64,000 nucleotides of DNA from Blastocladiella emersonii ATCC 22665 (taxonomy: Eukaryota > Fungi > Blastocladiomycota). Shown piece after piece: positions 26,320 through 37,397 of this stretch. Numbering within the stretch: the stretch's first letter is position 1; each line of letters begins with the position of its first letter. The notes under the pieces were generated by a model. The model had not been told where the DNA came from. It searched no databases and worked only from the letters and a program-made list of their open reading frames with translations. The DNA lies in assembly GCA_025594325.1 (NCBI GenBank), contig JANHCV010000014.1:310001-374000 (forward strand), given 5' to 3'. A program made the translations under genes and the position numbers.

Positions 26320-27648
26320 TCAACGTTCGTCATCCGAGTCAATTCCGTACTCCGAGCCTGATTCGTCAGGCTCAGGATCACGTTCGGACTCCGAATCAGA
26401 CTGCGCGTCCGACTCTCGCTCGCGTGGGCTTAAAGGGGCGCTGGCGGCCTTGGCAATCTTGGCCTTGACAATCTTCTTCACCTTCCGAATCTCCTCTTTC
26501 GTCAGGAGCTGACTCTTGTTGAGCCACCAGTCGACAATCTCGGTGTGGCCAAGCCGCGCGGCCATGATGAGGTGCTTCAGGTCGAAGACGTCGGTGCCAG
26601 GGAGCGGCTTCTTTTTCCTGGCTTCACGGCGACTGCACTCCTTTTCGAACCAGTTGAGACAACCTATCGCGCGCGCCTGGGTGGCTAGATCGAGAAACCA
26701 AATTTCCTTGGCGGCAAGCTCGTGGAATGGGAAAATGTTGGGCTTGTCTCCCATCACGTAGATTTCACCAAGATCCCCGTCGGCCCAGCAGAACGCCTCG
26801 GGAGGTCCGGCCATCCACTCGAGCATGTGCGGCCAGTCGTTATCGATTGCGTCGGCAACAATTTGGCCCCAGTCATCAATTTCGGCGGCCCAAGTAAACC
26901 CAATGTCGTCGTTGAAGAGTCCTCCGAGGCAAGGCGGGAAGGCGTCAAGAACACCAACAAGCCCGCGTTCGATCGCGCGCTCAGGTATCTCCTCGGTCTT
27001 TCGTTTGGCAAACTCGCGCCGCGCTTCCATGTCCGCGTGATCGAGGTAGCTTCCGTAGCCGTCGTCGAGAGTTCGAGGAAGGCGGTAGTTTCCCGTGACC
27101 CAGTTCAGCGAGCCGGTTTGCTCATGCTCGAAGGCAACCTCGTACGCGCGCTCGTAGTCGACCTCGAGTTCCGCCTTGCCCCACCACCGCAACGCCTTGG
27201 TCTTGCCCGTTGCGAGGGCAAGCTCAAACGCCTCGGTCGCATAGTCGACTGCGCAAACGTCACCCTGGGCTTCGCGCCACGCGTCAAGAAGCTTGGTCCG
27301 GCCCGCCGCGGAAGCGAGCTTGACGTAGAAAGCACACCCGAGCTTGTCGGCTGAAAGCGGAGGCGGGCCGAGAATCTCAAGAAGCGCATCGCGGAGCTCC
27401 TTGTTCGCGGGGTGCAGCGCGGCATGCCGAAGCCGCTCGCTCGAAGGACCACGGGTGATAAACTTGCGCAAGTGCAACGAGGGGACAGGGAAGACCCGGA
27501 GCAGGGTCATGGCCTGCTTGCGTGAGCGGATGCTCTTGCCGCGACAGCCGCCGAGTGCGATCAGGATGATTTTCTCGACGAGCTCGATGGGCAGGCGCGG
27601 CAGTGGTTTCTGCGGCGTTTGCATCAAGTCTTCATGTTTTTGCTCCAT
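26320..27648 (-). CDS. Family A copy A8, intact 442 aa
   Basis: Uninterrupted ORF MEQKHEDLMQ..RLPIELVEKIILIALGGC..KLASAAGRTKLLDAW..AARLGHTEIVDWWL, with an acidic tail. Confidence 0.8.
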   Translation of the reverse strand: MEQKHEDLMQTPQKPLPRLPIELVEKIILIALGGCRGKSIRSRKQAMTLLRVFPVPSLHLRKFITRGPSSERLRHAALHPANKELRDALLEILGPPPLSADKLGCAFYVKLASAAGRTKLLDAWREAQGDVCAVDYATEAFELALATGKTKALRWWGKAELEVDYERAYEVAFEHEQTGSLNWVTGNYRLPRTLDDGYGSYLDHADMEARREFAKRKTEEIPERAIERGLVGVLDAFPPCLGGLFNDDIGFTWAAEIDDWGQIVADAIDNDWPHMLEWMAGPPEAFCWADGDLGEIYVMGDKPNIFPFHELAAKEIWFLDLATQARAIGCLNWFEKECSRREARKKKPLPGTDVFDLKHLIMAARLGHTEIVDWWLNKSQLLTKEEIRKVKKIVKAKIAKAASAPLSPRERESDAQSDSESERDPEPDESGSEYGIDSDDER

Positions 27649-27822
27649 GGTGGCCGGTATTACGATCATTCATTGGAGAGCGCGGGTCGGGCGAACTCGC
27701 GGCGGTCGGGAGACATTCCAGCGACCGCTCTCGACCGAGCGTGTCCCCCACCGTCCATCACTGACCGACATCAAGTAGTCGCGAATGATATGCAAAGTTC
27801 TTTGATTGATTACGAACGACTT

Positions 27823-28779
27823 TCACTCACACTGGCCGCGCGCCGCGACAACCTCGTCCACGAGCGCGAGGATCTCGCACGCCGCCACGTCGTAGAAGAT
27901 GGACCACAGCATCTCGCCGACCCAGTTGACCGGGATCTTGCCGCCTGGACTGGCGGGCTCGGTGGGGATCGTCGGGAGCAGCTCGGTGAAGTAGAGGTCG
28001 AAGAACGTGGAGGGCAGCTTGACGCGCTGCATGGCGCGCTTGAGGAGGTCCTGCGGCGTCGCCTTCTCGTACTTGCCGAACATGTTCCACTTCCCCGACG
28101 TCGGCAGCTGCGAGTGCTCAGCGACGATGCGTAGAACCGTGTCCGTGACGGCGCTCGTCGAGCGCGCGGCTGCGAGCGTGTCGGTGCCGCGGAGGACCTT
28201 GTGCTTGCGGAGGATCGTGCCGAGCCGGTAGTGTAAGACCGCACAGAACATGGCGTGCGCGTCGTGAAGGACACCATGGAAGTCGGTTGGGCTGCCAGCG
28301 CACTCTGGTACGACATTCCGTTGGAGATACGACGCGACCCTCAAGTAGGGGAGCATCCCCAGAAAATGCTGGCCTCCCTTGGCCATGACGCTACTGATCG
28401 TGGCGTCGCCGCGCTTGGACAGGACCCAGCCAGCGTCATTGTACTCCTCCTTGGACAGCGGCGCATTAAAGTCGTCCCAGATGCGCTCGTCGACGTGTTC
28501 GAGCGGCGCGAACGCGCGGTCCCACTCGGTCTCGTCCGTGTACCGCTCGAGGCACCGGTTCACGAAGCCGTAGAGGTCCGGCTGCACCTTGAGCTTGGGA
28601 GCGCTCAGAAACTGGTCGAGCCCGGTGCACGTCTCCTGCACGCCATCGGTGGCCTTGACGACGATGCCCTTGGCCGCCTTGCGCTCGCGGCGCGTCTTGG
28701 CCCCCTTTACGCCGCCGCGGGCGCCTTTGACCTTGGGCAGCGGCCGCCCACGAGTTGCACCGAGTCCCGAAGAGTTCAT
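27823..28779 (-). CDS. Family B copy B1 (318 aa): catalytically dead, truncated non-LTR RT-like protein
   Basis: Intact ORF; WDRAFAPLEHVDERIWDDFNAPLSKEEY, RKHKVLRG, QRVKLPSTFFDLYF, MLWSIFYDVAACEI; no YADD motif. Confidence 0.7.
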   Translation of the reverse strand: MNSSGLGATRGRPLPKVKGARGGVKGAKTRRERKAAKGIVVKATDGVQETCTGLDQFLSAPKLKVQPDLYGFVNRCLERYTDETEWDRAFAPLEHVDERIWDDFNAPLSKEEYNDAGWVLSKRGDATISSVMAKGGQHFLGMLPYLRVASYLQRNVVPECAGSPTDFHGVLHDAHAMFCAVLHYRLGTILRKHKVLRGTDTLAAARSTSAVTDTVLRIVAEHSQLPTSGKWNMFGKYEKATPQDLLKRAMQRVKLPSTFFDLYFTELLPTIPTEPASPGGKIPVNWVGEMLWSIFYDVAACEILALVDEVVAARGQCE

Positions 28780-29311
28780 TTGTTTGCAGTGTGTGTGTTC
28801 GTTGCGATGGGGATGGTGGGAACCGTGCCTGATCGGCCGAGCGCTTTCAGTCCACCTCGCTCTCTCGTGTCGAAGCGATTTGACCGTTGCCGACCCAGAC
28901 TTGAGTCTTGCATCTCAGATTCTCCGTCAAAGATTGTTCAAGAACGAACAGCAGTGAATTTGCCTGATGTGCCGTCCCCGCAACACAGATTCGCGATTGG
29001 CGAGTCAAGTCCGTGAGCGACGGCCGTCATTGCCGAGACTGTGAACGACGACCATGGGCTCGTCCGGAACCAGAGGCTTGCTCTCACTCGCCCACTTTGA
29101 AGCGAGTTGCCGCGGTGACCTTGGCGCTCGCGCGTCGACGCGTCGAGATTCGCGTCTCGGTCACGTGAGTGGCTTTTTCAGTCCTCGTCCCTCCGCTTCG
29201 CTTCGGCCGGCCCGCTCACTCTTCAAACGCGTCGCCTAACGCTCAATCCGCAGTGCTAGTGAGTAAAATGGTGCAGTGTATTGCAAACGGCTCATTTATC
29301 AAGGACTCCGC

Positions 29312-30292
29312 TCAAACCTGGCCACGCGCCGCGACGACCTCGTCCGCGAGCGCGAGGATCTCGCACAGCGCGACGTCGTACAACATGTTCCACAGCTCCT
29401 CGCCGACCCAGTTGATCGGGACCCGGCATCCCGGCTTGGCGGGCTGAGTGGCAATCGACGGGAGCAGCTGGTTGAAGTAAAAGTCGATGAACTTGGGCGG
29501 GAGCTTGACGCGCTGCATGGCGAACCGGAGGAGCTTGTGCGGCGCCGGCGGCTTGCTGCTGTTGAACCAGGGCCAAATACTCGCTTCCGGGTTCAGCGCG
29601 TGCTTGGCGACGACGCGGAGCACCATGTCTGCGACCGAACCGGTCGCGCACGCGGCGGCGAGGGCGTCCGCGCCGCGGAGGACCTTGTGCTCGCGGAGGA
29701 CGGCGGCGATACGCTCGCGCAGGATCGCCGAGTACATGCAGTGGCCGGCCTGGAGCATCATGCCGCCGAGGTTGCTGTAGTCGGCCAGGCCGGTGCGCGT
29801 TCCGGCCATCGCGGTGTAATCGCTCATCATCCCGCCCACCAGCTTGCAGGTCAGCTCCTGAATCCCGATGCCCGTGCTCAGGATAAACAGCGCGGCCGTG
29901 TCGCCCTGGGCGCACGCGACCATGGCGGCGGGCCTGAACTCGTCCATGGTCGGCGCCGCCATCAAGTTGGACCAGATTTGCGGGTCGACGTGGTCGAGCG
30001 GGGCAAACGCGCGGTTCCACTCGTTGACGTCCTCGTAGCGCTCCAGCAAGCGGGACACGAGTCCGTGGATGTTGGAGTCCACGTCCGGACCGCCCGCGTA
30101 CTGGGCAAGGCCGTCGGCGTTCGGGTACAAGGTGTTCAGGACACTGGTAGCGTCGTTGGCGTCTACGTTGTTGCTGGCGGCGCTCATCGCCGTCTGACCG
30201 CCACGAGAGTTTGCCGTGTTCCGGCCGCCGCGAGCCTTCTTGCCTTGCGACTGCGGCCGTCTACCCGTTGCACCAAGTCCCGGTCGTTTCAT
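29312..30292 (-). CDS. Family B copy B2 (326 aa)
   Basis: ATG (MKRPGLGA) at 30292; same conserved blocks as B1; ends EVVAARGQV. Confidence 0.72.
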   Translation of the reverse strand: MKRPGLGATGRRPQSQGKKARGGRNTANSRGGQTAMSAASNNVDANDATSVLNTLYPNADGLAQYAGGPDVDSNIHGLVSRLLERYEDVNEWNRAFAPLDHVDPQIWSNLMAAPTMDEFRPAAMVACAQGDTAALFILSTGIGIQELTCKLVGGMMSDYTAMAGTRTGLADYSNLGGMMLQAGHCMYSAILRERIAAVLREHKVLRGADALAAACATGSVADMVLRVVAKHALNPEASIWPWFNSSKPPAPHKLLRFAMQRVKLPPKFIDFYFNQLLPSIATQPAKPGCRVPINWVGEELWNMLYDVALCEILALADEVVAARGQV

Positions 30293-30799
30293 GAGCTTCA
30301 GAGGTATTACAATCCTTGCAGGTAGGGAGAACAAGCCAGCAGCCAACGGTTCGATGAGTGTCGCCCGATGTGGCGCAGCGCGGTGCGTCAGCCCGCCGAC
30401 GTCTAGTGTTGGCAGCTCACCTCACCTCCCTCTCACCTCACCCTCACCAACCCTCACACGACGTGAGGATTTTCTCCTCACTCCTCACGCCGTGCCATAG
30501 ACCGGCACGGATTGACTTGACAGGTCGTGCATGTGACATATTTGGCGGTCTTATCCGGCGGTCCGCCGACCTTCCGTTCTGCTCCCCGAGGCTTTCTCCA
30601 CGTAAAATGTATCATTGATGGTCGCTGCTGAGCTTGGCCACGGTCTCGACGCAAACGACAGGTCTCGACCGCCAGTCCCTTGAGCTTGGTCGCGCTTGGT
30701 CACAGTCCCAACCCGGCCGCGGCCGCCTCGAACCACGAGTTTCCTACCTGCTCATCACGCCGCAGTTCTGTGACGAGCTTAACTTCTACTTGCGCGTGA

Positions 30800-31405
30800 T
30801 CTGAACGCCGTGCGCCTTCACCCCGCTCATCGAGTTGGACGACGCGTCGCTGTTGGACGCGTCGTTCATGTTCGCCATCACGTCTTCGATCACTGAGGTT
30901 GACATCAAGTCGGGTATCTGCACCGGCGAGGGCCTAGAGTTCCCGCGCGAGGCGCGCGACATCATCTAGTCGCGCTGAGCTCGATTGAAGCTCCCCATCG
31001 TCTTCGTCGCGTTCGTTCTTGGCAACCGCTACTCAGACCTGGTCGAATCGAGCCCATCGTTTCGCCGCGGGGCCGTCAACGCCACGGTCGCGCTGTTCGT
31101 CGTACTGTTCCATGAGAACGCTGACTAACTCATTCAAGCAGTTCCTGCGCCACGACCTTACGGGCGAGGATATCGCGCTCACGCTCGCCAGCAACGAGGG
31201 CAAGGCCGCGGACGCCCTTCTGGCGCTCGCTGCTGGCGGCCACGACGACGACCAGGATGCGGCCACCAACCTCTCGCTGTTTGACGAGCTCGATGCGCTT
31301 GAACTCGACGAGACCGAGATCGTGACGCAGCCTCTCGCCCAGGTCTACGCCGTCGCCGTCTCCAAAGTCGTGCAGAGCGAGGCGATCGGCCACCTCGTCC
31401 GCTAG
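30800..31405 (+). pseudogene. Remnant of an unidentified coding sequence
   Basis: Coding-like segments in changing frames with stops (IELDDASLLDASFMFAITSSITEVDIKSG; LKLPIVFVAFVLG; NSFKQFLRHDLTGEDIALTLASNEGKAADALLALA). Confidence 0.35.
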
Positions 31406-31787
31406 GCTGTGTTGACGACGCATCGCTCCCTTCCCCTCAGTAACGGAATACAACTCGCTCTCTTCTTCGTCCTCAATCTTTTGCTTGCTCGTGGTCGTCT
31501 AAGAACGTTTAGAGGTGCGCGGGGTCTGGAAATGACGAACCAGATTATTTCATGTCTTCGGATAGTCTTGATTGATTTGACACCTCACAGACTCCTCACG
31601 CTCACGGTGAGTCTCACCGTGTGAGAGTGAGCATCTTTGCCTCCCTCCTCACACGTGCCAACACTACCGACGTCCCTCGACATCGACCGAGGTGCAAGCC
31701 AAGGCCGATCCTCGACTGTCAGTCACACGACTTGTAGGTGTCAAGTAGCAAGGTCAGATATATTGTCTGCTACAACTACGACTCGAA

Positions 31788-32813
31788 CTACACCTGTCCG
31801 CGGGCCGCCACGACCTCGATCGCGATCCGATGAATCTCGCACAGCGCGACGTCGTAGAAAATGGCCCACAGCATCTCCGATGCGAGTTCGCCGAGCGGGA
31901 CACCGACGCGCGTGCGGGCAGCCTCGGGATCGAGCACCGGGAGCAGGGCCTTGAGGAAAAAGTCGATGAACTTGGGCGGGATCTTGACGCGGCGCATGGC
32001 GCGGATGAATAGGTCGTGCGGCACGTCGTACATGAACTGGGTGACGTTCATGAATTTGCCCCAGATCTTGTTGTCGCGCTTCCGTCCGTCGTTTTCGGCC
32101 ATGCACGCACGCTCGGCCACGATCTGGAGGACCGCGTCGACGACCGTGCTGCGCGACCGCGCGACATCGAGCTCCTGGACGCCGAGAAGAACGTCGTTGT
32201 TGGCAACGACGGAGAGAATCCGGTCGCGCAGCATCGTGGCGAGCACCATCGCAACGGTTTGGGAGAAAGACCCGTCGTCACCACCATCCGAGCCCGCTTC
32301 GTACGCAGGGCTCAAGGGCAGTATGCCCCGCCTAAGGCTCTCGTCTAAGTAGTAGACCATGTGTTCGACCTGTTCGTCGTCAAGATTGGCGAGGATATCC
32401 GCATCCGTGTCGCCACGCTCAACCGCCTCATCTGCGGCGAGGAAGAACTCGCGCGGCAGAAACGGCTCCGCGAGTTCCGCCCAGATGTTCTCGTCGACGT
32501 GGTCGAGCGGTGCGAACGCGCGGTCCCACCCGCTCTCGTCCGCGTACGGCTCGAGGCAGCGGGCCACGAACCCGTGGAGGTTCGGGTCCACGTCGGGCTC
32601 GATGCCGTCGAAGAAGAATTGGATGAGCCCGAGCTCAGACACCGAGTCGTCGTCGCCGTCATAAGCCCTCGATTCGGCCGCCTTCTGGCCGCCTCGACCG
32701 CTAGCGCTCGACTTGTTGCCGCCGACCGCGTTAGCCGCTTTTCGGCCGCCGCGGGCCTTTTTGGGCTTCGGCCGCGACCGGCTCTTCTTTGCACCAAGTC
32801 CAGGGGTATTCAT
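31788..32813 (-). CDS. Family B copy B3 (341 aa)
   Basis: MNTPGLGA start; YDVPHDLFIRAMRRVKIPPKFIDFF and GVPLGELASEMLWAIFYDVALCEI are the clearest RT motif A/B-like remnants. Confidence 0.75.
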   Translation of the reverse strand: MNTPGLGAKKSRSRPKPKKARGGRKAANAVGGNKSSASGRGGQKAAESRAYDGDDDSVSELGLIQFFFDGIEPDVDPNLHGFVARCLEPYADESGWDRAFAPLDHVDENIWAELAEPFLPREFFLAADEAVERGDTDADILANLDDEQVEHMVYYLDESLRRGILPLSPAYEAGSDGGDDGSFSQTVAMVLATMLRDRILSVVANNDVLLGVQELDVARSRSTVVDAVLQIVAERACMAENDGRKRDNKIWGKFMNVTQFMYDVPHDLFIRAMRRVKIPPKFIDFFLKALLPVLDPEAARTRVGVPLGELASEMLWAIFYDVALCEIHRIAIEVVAARGQV

Positions 32814-33007
32814 GAGCTTCGTTTTTGAGGGAGTCGGGCGTGAGGGAGAGAGAGTTGATCGGCCAAAGCGCTGGAGCTCGTTTACCGCCGCCGCCGCAGC
32901 CATCACACCGGCCAACACTTCGCTTCACACCACATCGAACCGGGCCAAAGAGTGCGTCTGTTGACTGGAGCGGGATATATATTACCTCTGTCGACGGATC
33001 GACCACC

Positions 33008-34002
33008 TCAAACCTGGCCGCGCGCCGCGACGACCTCGTCGGCGAGCGCGCGGATCTCGCAGAGCGCAATGTCGTAGAAGATGGGCCAAAGCGCTCCTCG
33101 GTCAAGTGATAAAGAGACACGCCGATTCTGTCGCGGGCCGCGTTGGGGTCAAACTCTGGGAGCAGTCCGATGAGCAGGAACTCGACAAACTCGGGCGGAA
33201 GCTTGACGCGGTCCATGGCGCGCAGGAAGAGATCGTGTGGCACCTTGCACTGCAGCTGAGCCTGGTTCATGAAATGGCCCCAAATCCCGTTGACGAGCGC
33301 CTTCCCGGACTTGACTGGCGCGCACGAGCGCGCCGCGACGATGTGAAGCACGTCGTCCGCGACCTTGCTCCGCCGACGCGCGGCTGCGAGCTGCTTGGCC
33401 CCGTGGAGCACGTCGTGACGGTCGAGGACAGCGTGTACGCGGTTGGCAAGAATCTTGATGAAGAGGTGCATGACCGTTCGAAGCAAGCTGGCCGGGCCGC
33501 GGCCGGGGTTCCAGAAAATGAACACGTCCTCGGTCGTATCCAGCGGGGGGATGCCGCACTGGCGAAGGCACAAGCCAAGAAAGTCGAGGACATTCTGCAA
33601 ATGTTCCTCGCTCCCGTTGACGAGAACGAGCACCGTCTTGTCGCCCCGCGCGACAGGCACTTCGGCGGCGGCCATGAACTCGGCCCGCGTCGGCGTCGCC
33701 ATCAAGTCGGCCCAGATGCGAGCGTCGACATGGTCAAGCGGAGCGAAGGCACGGTCCCACTCGGACGCGTCGGCGTATCGCGCGAGCAGGCGGGCGACGA
33801 AACCGACCAGTGCGGGCTGCATGGCAGGGCCAGGGCCGCGATTGAATTGGACGAGCCCGGCGTTAGACACTTCCCAGCGATCCTGAGGCGTGGTCTCAGC
33901 CGGCCGACGGTCGCCGCCACCCTTGGCCGATTTACGTCCGCGCGGGCCTTTGCTTCTGGGCAGCGGCCGGCCTTTCGTTGCAGCAAGTCCCGAAGAGTTC
34001 AT
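33008..34002 (-). pseudogene. Family B copy B4, 1-nt deletion ~30 codons before the stop
   Basis: MNSSGLAAT start; LLRTVMHLFIKILANRVHAVLDRHDVLHG; frameshift near 33085, after which LWPIFYDIALCEI..VVAARGQV resumes in another frame. Confidence 0.72.
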
Positions 34003-34221
34003 GAGCTTCGTGCGAGTGGGGTTGTTGACGGCGAGGAGAGCGGGTTGACTCACGCGTCAGTTTCGCTTGGCGCGTTGCGCCACGAGCCGTCGCGGTGCTG
34101 CCGCCGCACGAGCAGAATCCACCACAAACTAGGTGTGTGTGCTGCGCACACAATTGGGTCTCAGCTGTAGCTTTACTTGGCTTCTTGAGACTGTTTCAGT
34201 TGGTGAAAGTGAAGTAGTTTA

Positions 34222-35321
34222 TCAATTCTCAATCCTGCTCAGCAGGGACAGTCGCTCCATGTCCTTCGCCACGTGCTGTAATGCCTTCTGCACGAGAACC
34301 CGACTGTTGAACCGGATGATGAGGATGTCCTTGGTCCTGCGCGCTCGAGAGAGGACCATGTACGGGTACCGGGCAGGAAAACGATGCGGGAGCTTGGGGT
34401 CGCCGAAGTCGGCAATGACCTTGTTCAGGGTCATCCCCTGCGCCTTGTGCGCCGTGATCGCGTAGCTCAGCTCAATGGGGAACTGCGATCGCCAAAAGGT
34501 CCACCGCTTGCCGTCAATGGTGACAATCTTGCTAATTGTCTTGCGCTCGATGGGGATGTCACCCAACTCGTCGATTCCGTCAAGTTTTGGGATTCGCTGA
34601 AGGTCGCGGTCGGGTCGTACAAGGACAGCCTTGATCTGGCCGTCTTCATCGACAGCAAAGCCGACGACCTTACCCATCATCCCGTTGACGATTCCGATGC
34701 TGTTATCATGAATCGTTAGCTGGTGAGCGGCGCGGATTTACCTGTGTGCGATGAAACGTACCTTGTCGCGACGTTCCTTGTAACAATGACTCGCGCACCG
34801 GGAAAGAGTGTAATCGCGTGTGGCATGTGATCAAGTTGCTTTGGGGGAAGCTCTTTGATGCGCGCAAACAACGATTGCATCAATGCATCGCTAATCGCCG
34901 GTTCGTGTTGCTTCTCGGACCCGCTCGCAGTTCGCTTCGCTGGTCGAAGCGAATCTGGGTTGGAGAAATCCACGCTGGCCTGCACCGTCACAATCTGGTC
35001 GTCGCGAATGCCCAAGTCGCGCATATGTGTGGCTGCCGCACGATCATTCCATGCGTCACGAAGCTCGTTTGTCGAGGTAATGAAAGTCGCGTCGCGCCAG
35101 TCGTTGTTGTCAATGCCCATGCCTGGAATAACCTTGGCAATGTCGCGCTCCGCGATGAACGCATTGACCGCGTCTGTAACATTGCTGTCTCGGAGGTCTT
35201 GGAGCACCGTCGTAAGCTTGGCGTCGTTTGCCGACGAGCAGGCTGCCGCGGTACGCGACGGCCGTGGCTTGCAGCAAGCCGAGCGGATCGGTCGAGGCGT
35301 TGGCGTTGATGAGGGGAACAC
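34222..35321 (-). pseudogene. PIF1-like SF1 helicase, C-terminal half only, with one intron (34700..34761)
   Basis: FITSTNELRDAWN, ITLFPGARVIVTRNVAT|SIGIVNGMMGKV, RSQFPIELSYAITAHKAQGMTL, YMVLSRAR; no Walker A/B found upstream. Confidence 0.78.
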
Positions 35322-36070
35322 CAGGCGAGTAGCGGACGGGGATCTCGATGTTGAAGAAGAGGAAGGGGCTCGACGGCGGAGACGGAAGCTCGGAGAGAAC
35401 CGTGAAGCGCGACGAGCAGCGCAGCGAGAACGTGGGAGAGAAGTTCATGGTGTTGCGAGTGGTGGAGGAGAGCAAGGACTGTCAGCGGCGGCCCGCGCGC
35501 CTTTATATGTGGCCGCATGGCGGCCAGGCAGACGCCGGATCGCGAAGTATTAAGCGCTGCATGGGGTAGGAGTGGGTAAAGAGCTGGTCAGCACAGGAGG
35601 TCTCAAAGAGCGTCGACGAGCAGCGGCAAGCGCGAGCGAGCGGGCGTGGAGTGGGAGAGCTTCCGAGGACGCGAAAATGCAGCCAGACAGGATCGATGTC
35701 AGGTCACGTGATGCTGAACAGTCAGTTTCGAGCGAGGTCCGTCTCGTCGCGCCTGCGCACGGGAACCGCTGCACAGGACCTCGCTCCCCTCGAAGTGAAC
35801 AGCCTCGAACCGTTGGGGACTAGGCAAAGCACAGTCCAGATTTACGTTGCAGGGGTCGGAATGAAGTGAAAGCGAAAAACAACGGAACTCGTCGCGCGAC
35901 GAAAATCGAAAACGGTCACTGAGCCACTCATGTGACCACAAAAGCAAGGTTGATGTGCCTGATAGGTTTCAATTGCTCCCACAGAAACTCAGCTTCGCTA
36001 AAGCTACAGCTGAGAATAGGTTTCTAGGGAAGTCGCTCCATGGACATACATTCGCTTGCTCAACATCCGT

Positions 36071-37048
36071 TCAAACCTGGCCACGCGCTGCGACGACTTC
36101 GTCCGCGAGCGCGAGGATCTCGCACAGCCCCGCGTCGTACAGCATGGTCCACAGCTCCTCGCCGACCCAGTCGACCGGCGGCCGGCTGCCCGGGCTGATG
36201 GGCTCGGTGGCGATCGAGGGCAGCAGCTTGTTGAAGTAGAAGTCAATGAACTTGGGCGGGAGCTTGACGCGGTGCATGGCGCGCTTGAGCAGCTGCGGCG
36301 ACGGCGGCGGCTTGCTGTTGTTGAACGAGCGCCAGAGCCCGGCAGCCGGCGACTGCGCGTGCTGGGCGACGACGCGGAGGACCGTGTCCGTGACGGCGCT
36401 GCTCTCGCGCGCGGCCGCCAGGTCGGTCGTGCCGCGGAGAACCTTGTGCTCGCAAAGGACCGCGGCAATGCGCTCGCGCAGGATTGCCGAGTAGAGCGAG
36501 TGAAAGGCCTCGCCGAGCATGCCGCCGAGGTTGCTGTAGTCGAAGGTGCCGACGCGTCTCCCGGCCGGCAGGACGTAGCTGCTCATCATCTGGCCGATCG
36601 TGATGCACGTCGTCTGCTTGACCATGATGCCCGCGCTGAGCATGAACAGCGCGCCCGTGTCGCCGCGGGCAACACCGACCATGGTGGCGGTGTTGAACTC
36701 GTCCATGGTGGGCATACCCATGAGGTTCGCCCAGATGCGCTTGTCGACGTGCTCGAGCGGTGCGAACGCGCGATCCCACTCGCTCGCGTCCGTGTAGCGC
36801 TCGAGGAAGCGGGACACGAAGCCGTGCAGGTTCGAGTCTACCTCGGGACCGTCCGCGTACTGGCCGAGACCGTCGGGAGCCGAGACCTGGCTGTCGGAGC
36901 TGCTGCTGGCGTGGATCTCGGTCTCGACGTTGGCGGCGTTCACCGCCTTCTTGCCGCCGCGAGCGTTGGCGGCTTTCCGACCGCCGCGCGCGCTCTTACC
37001 CTAACGCCGTGGCTGGCTGCGAGTTGCATCAAGTCCAGAAGAGTTCAT
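36071..37048 (-). pseudogene. Family B copy B5, nonsense codon at position 16
   Basis: ATG at 37048 (MNSSGLDAT), TAG at 37001-37003; the rest of the frame is open to EVVAARGQV; closest to B2. Confidence 0.72.
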
Positions 37049-37397
37049 GAGCTTCAATTGTTGGCATGCAATCCGAGTTCTGGAGCTCGAGGCGCCGAGC
37101 GCGCCGCAGAACGCGTCTGCTCGCCCGAAGCTGGACGACGCCCGCCCGGCTCGTTCCTTTCGGCCAGCAACCCGCTTGTCACACCAGCGACTGATGCGAC
37201 GTGAGCATGAAGACCTTCGAGACGATCGCGCGCAAGACTATAAGTGGGCCGATCGCGCGGGATGCGCCAAAAACCAAGCAGCGAGCTGAGCCACCGCCAC
37301 GTAGCGACCCGACCGACCCACGCCTGCATCGCCGCTCAAGGGGAGCCCAGCTTCGCGGAATGAGGAAAAACGGTTGCGGTGTATGCACGACAGCGAC

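Noticed and set aside
34222-35321. Complete Helitron
   Set aside because: No Rep/HUH domain and no identifiable 5'-TC or hairpin-CTRR terminus.
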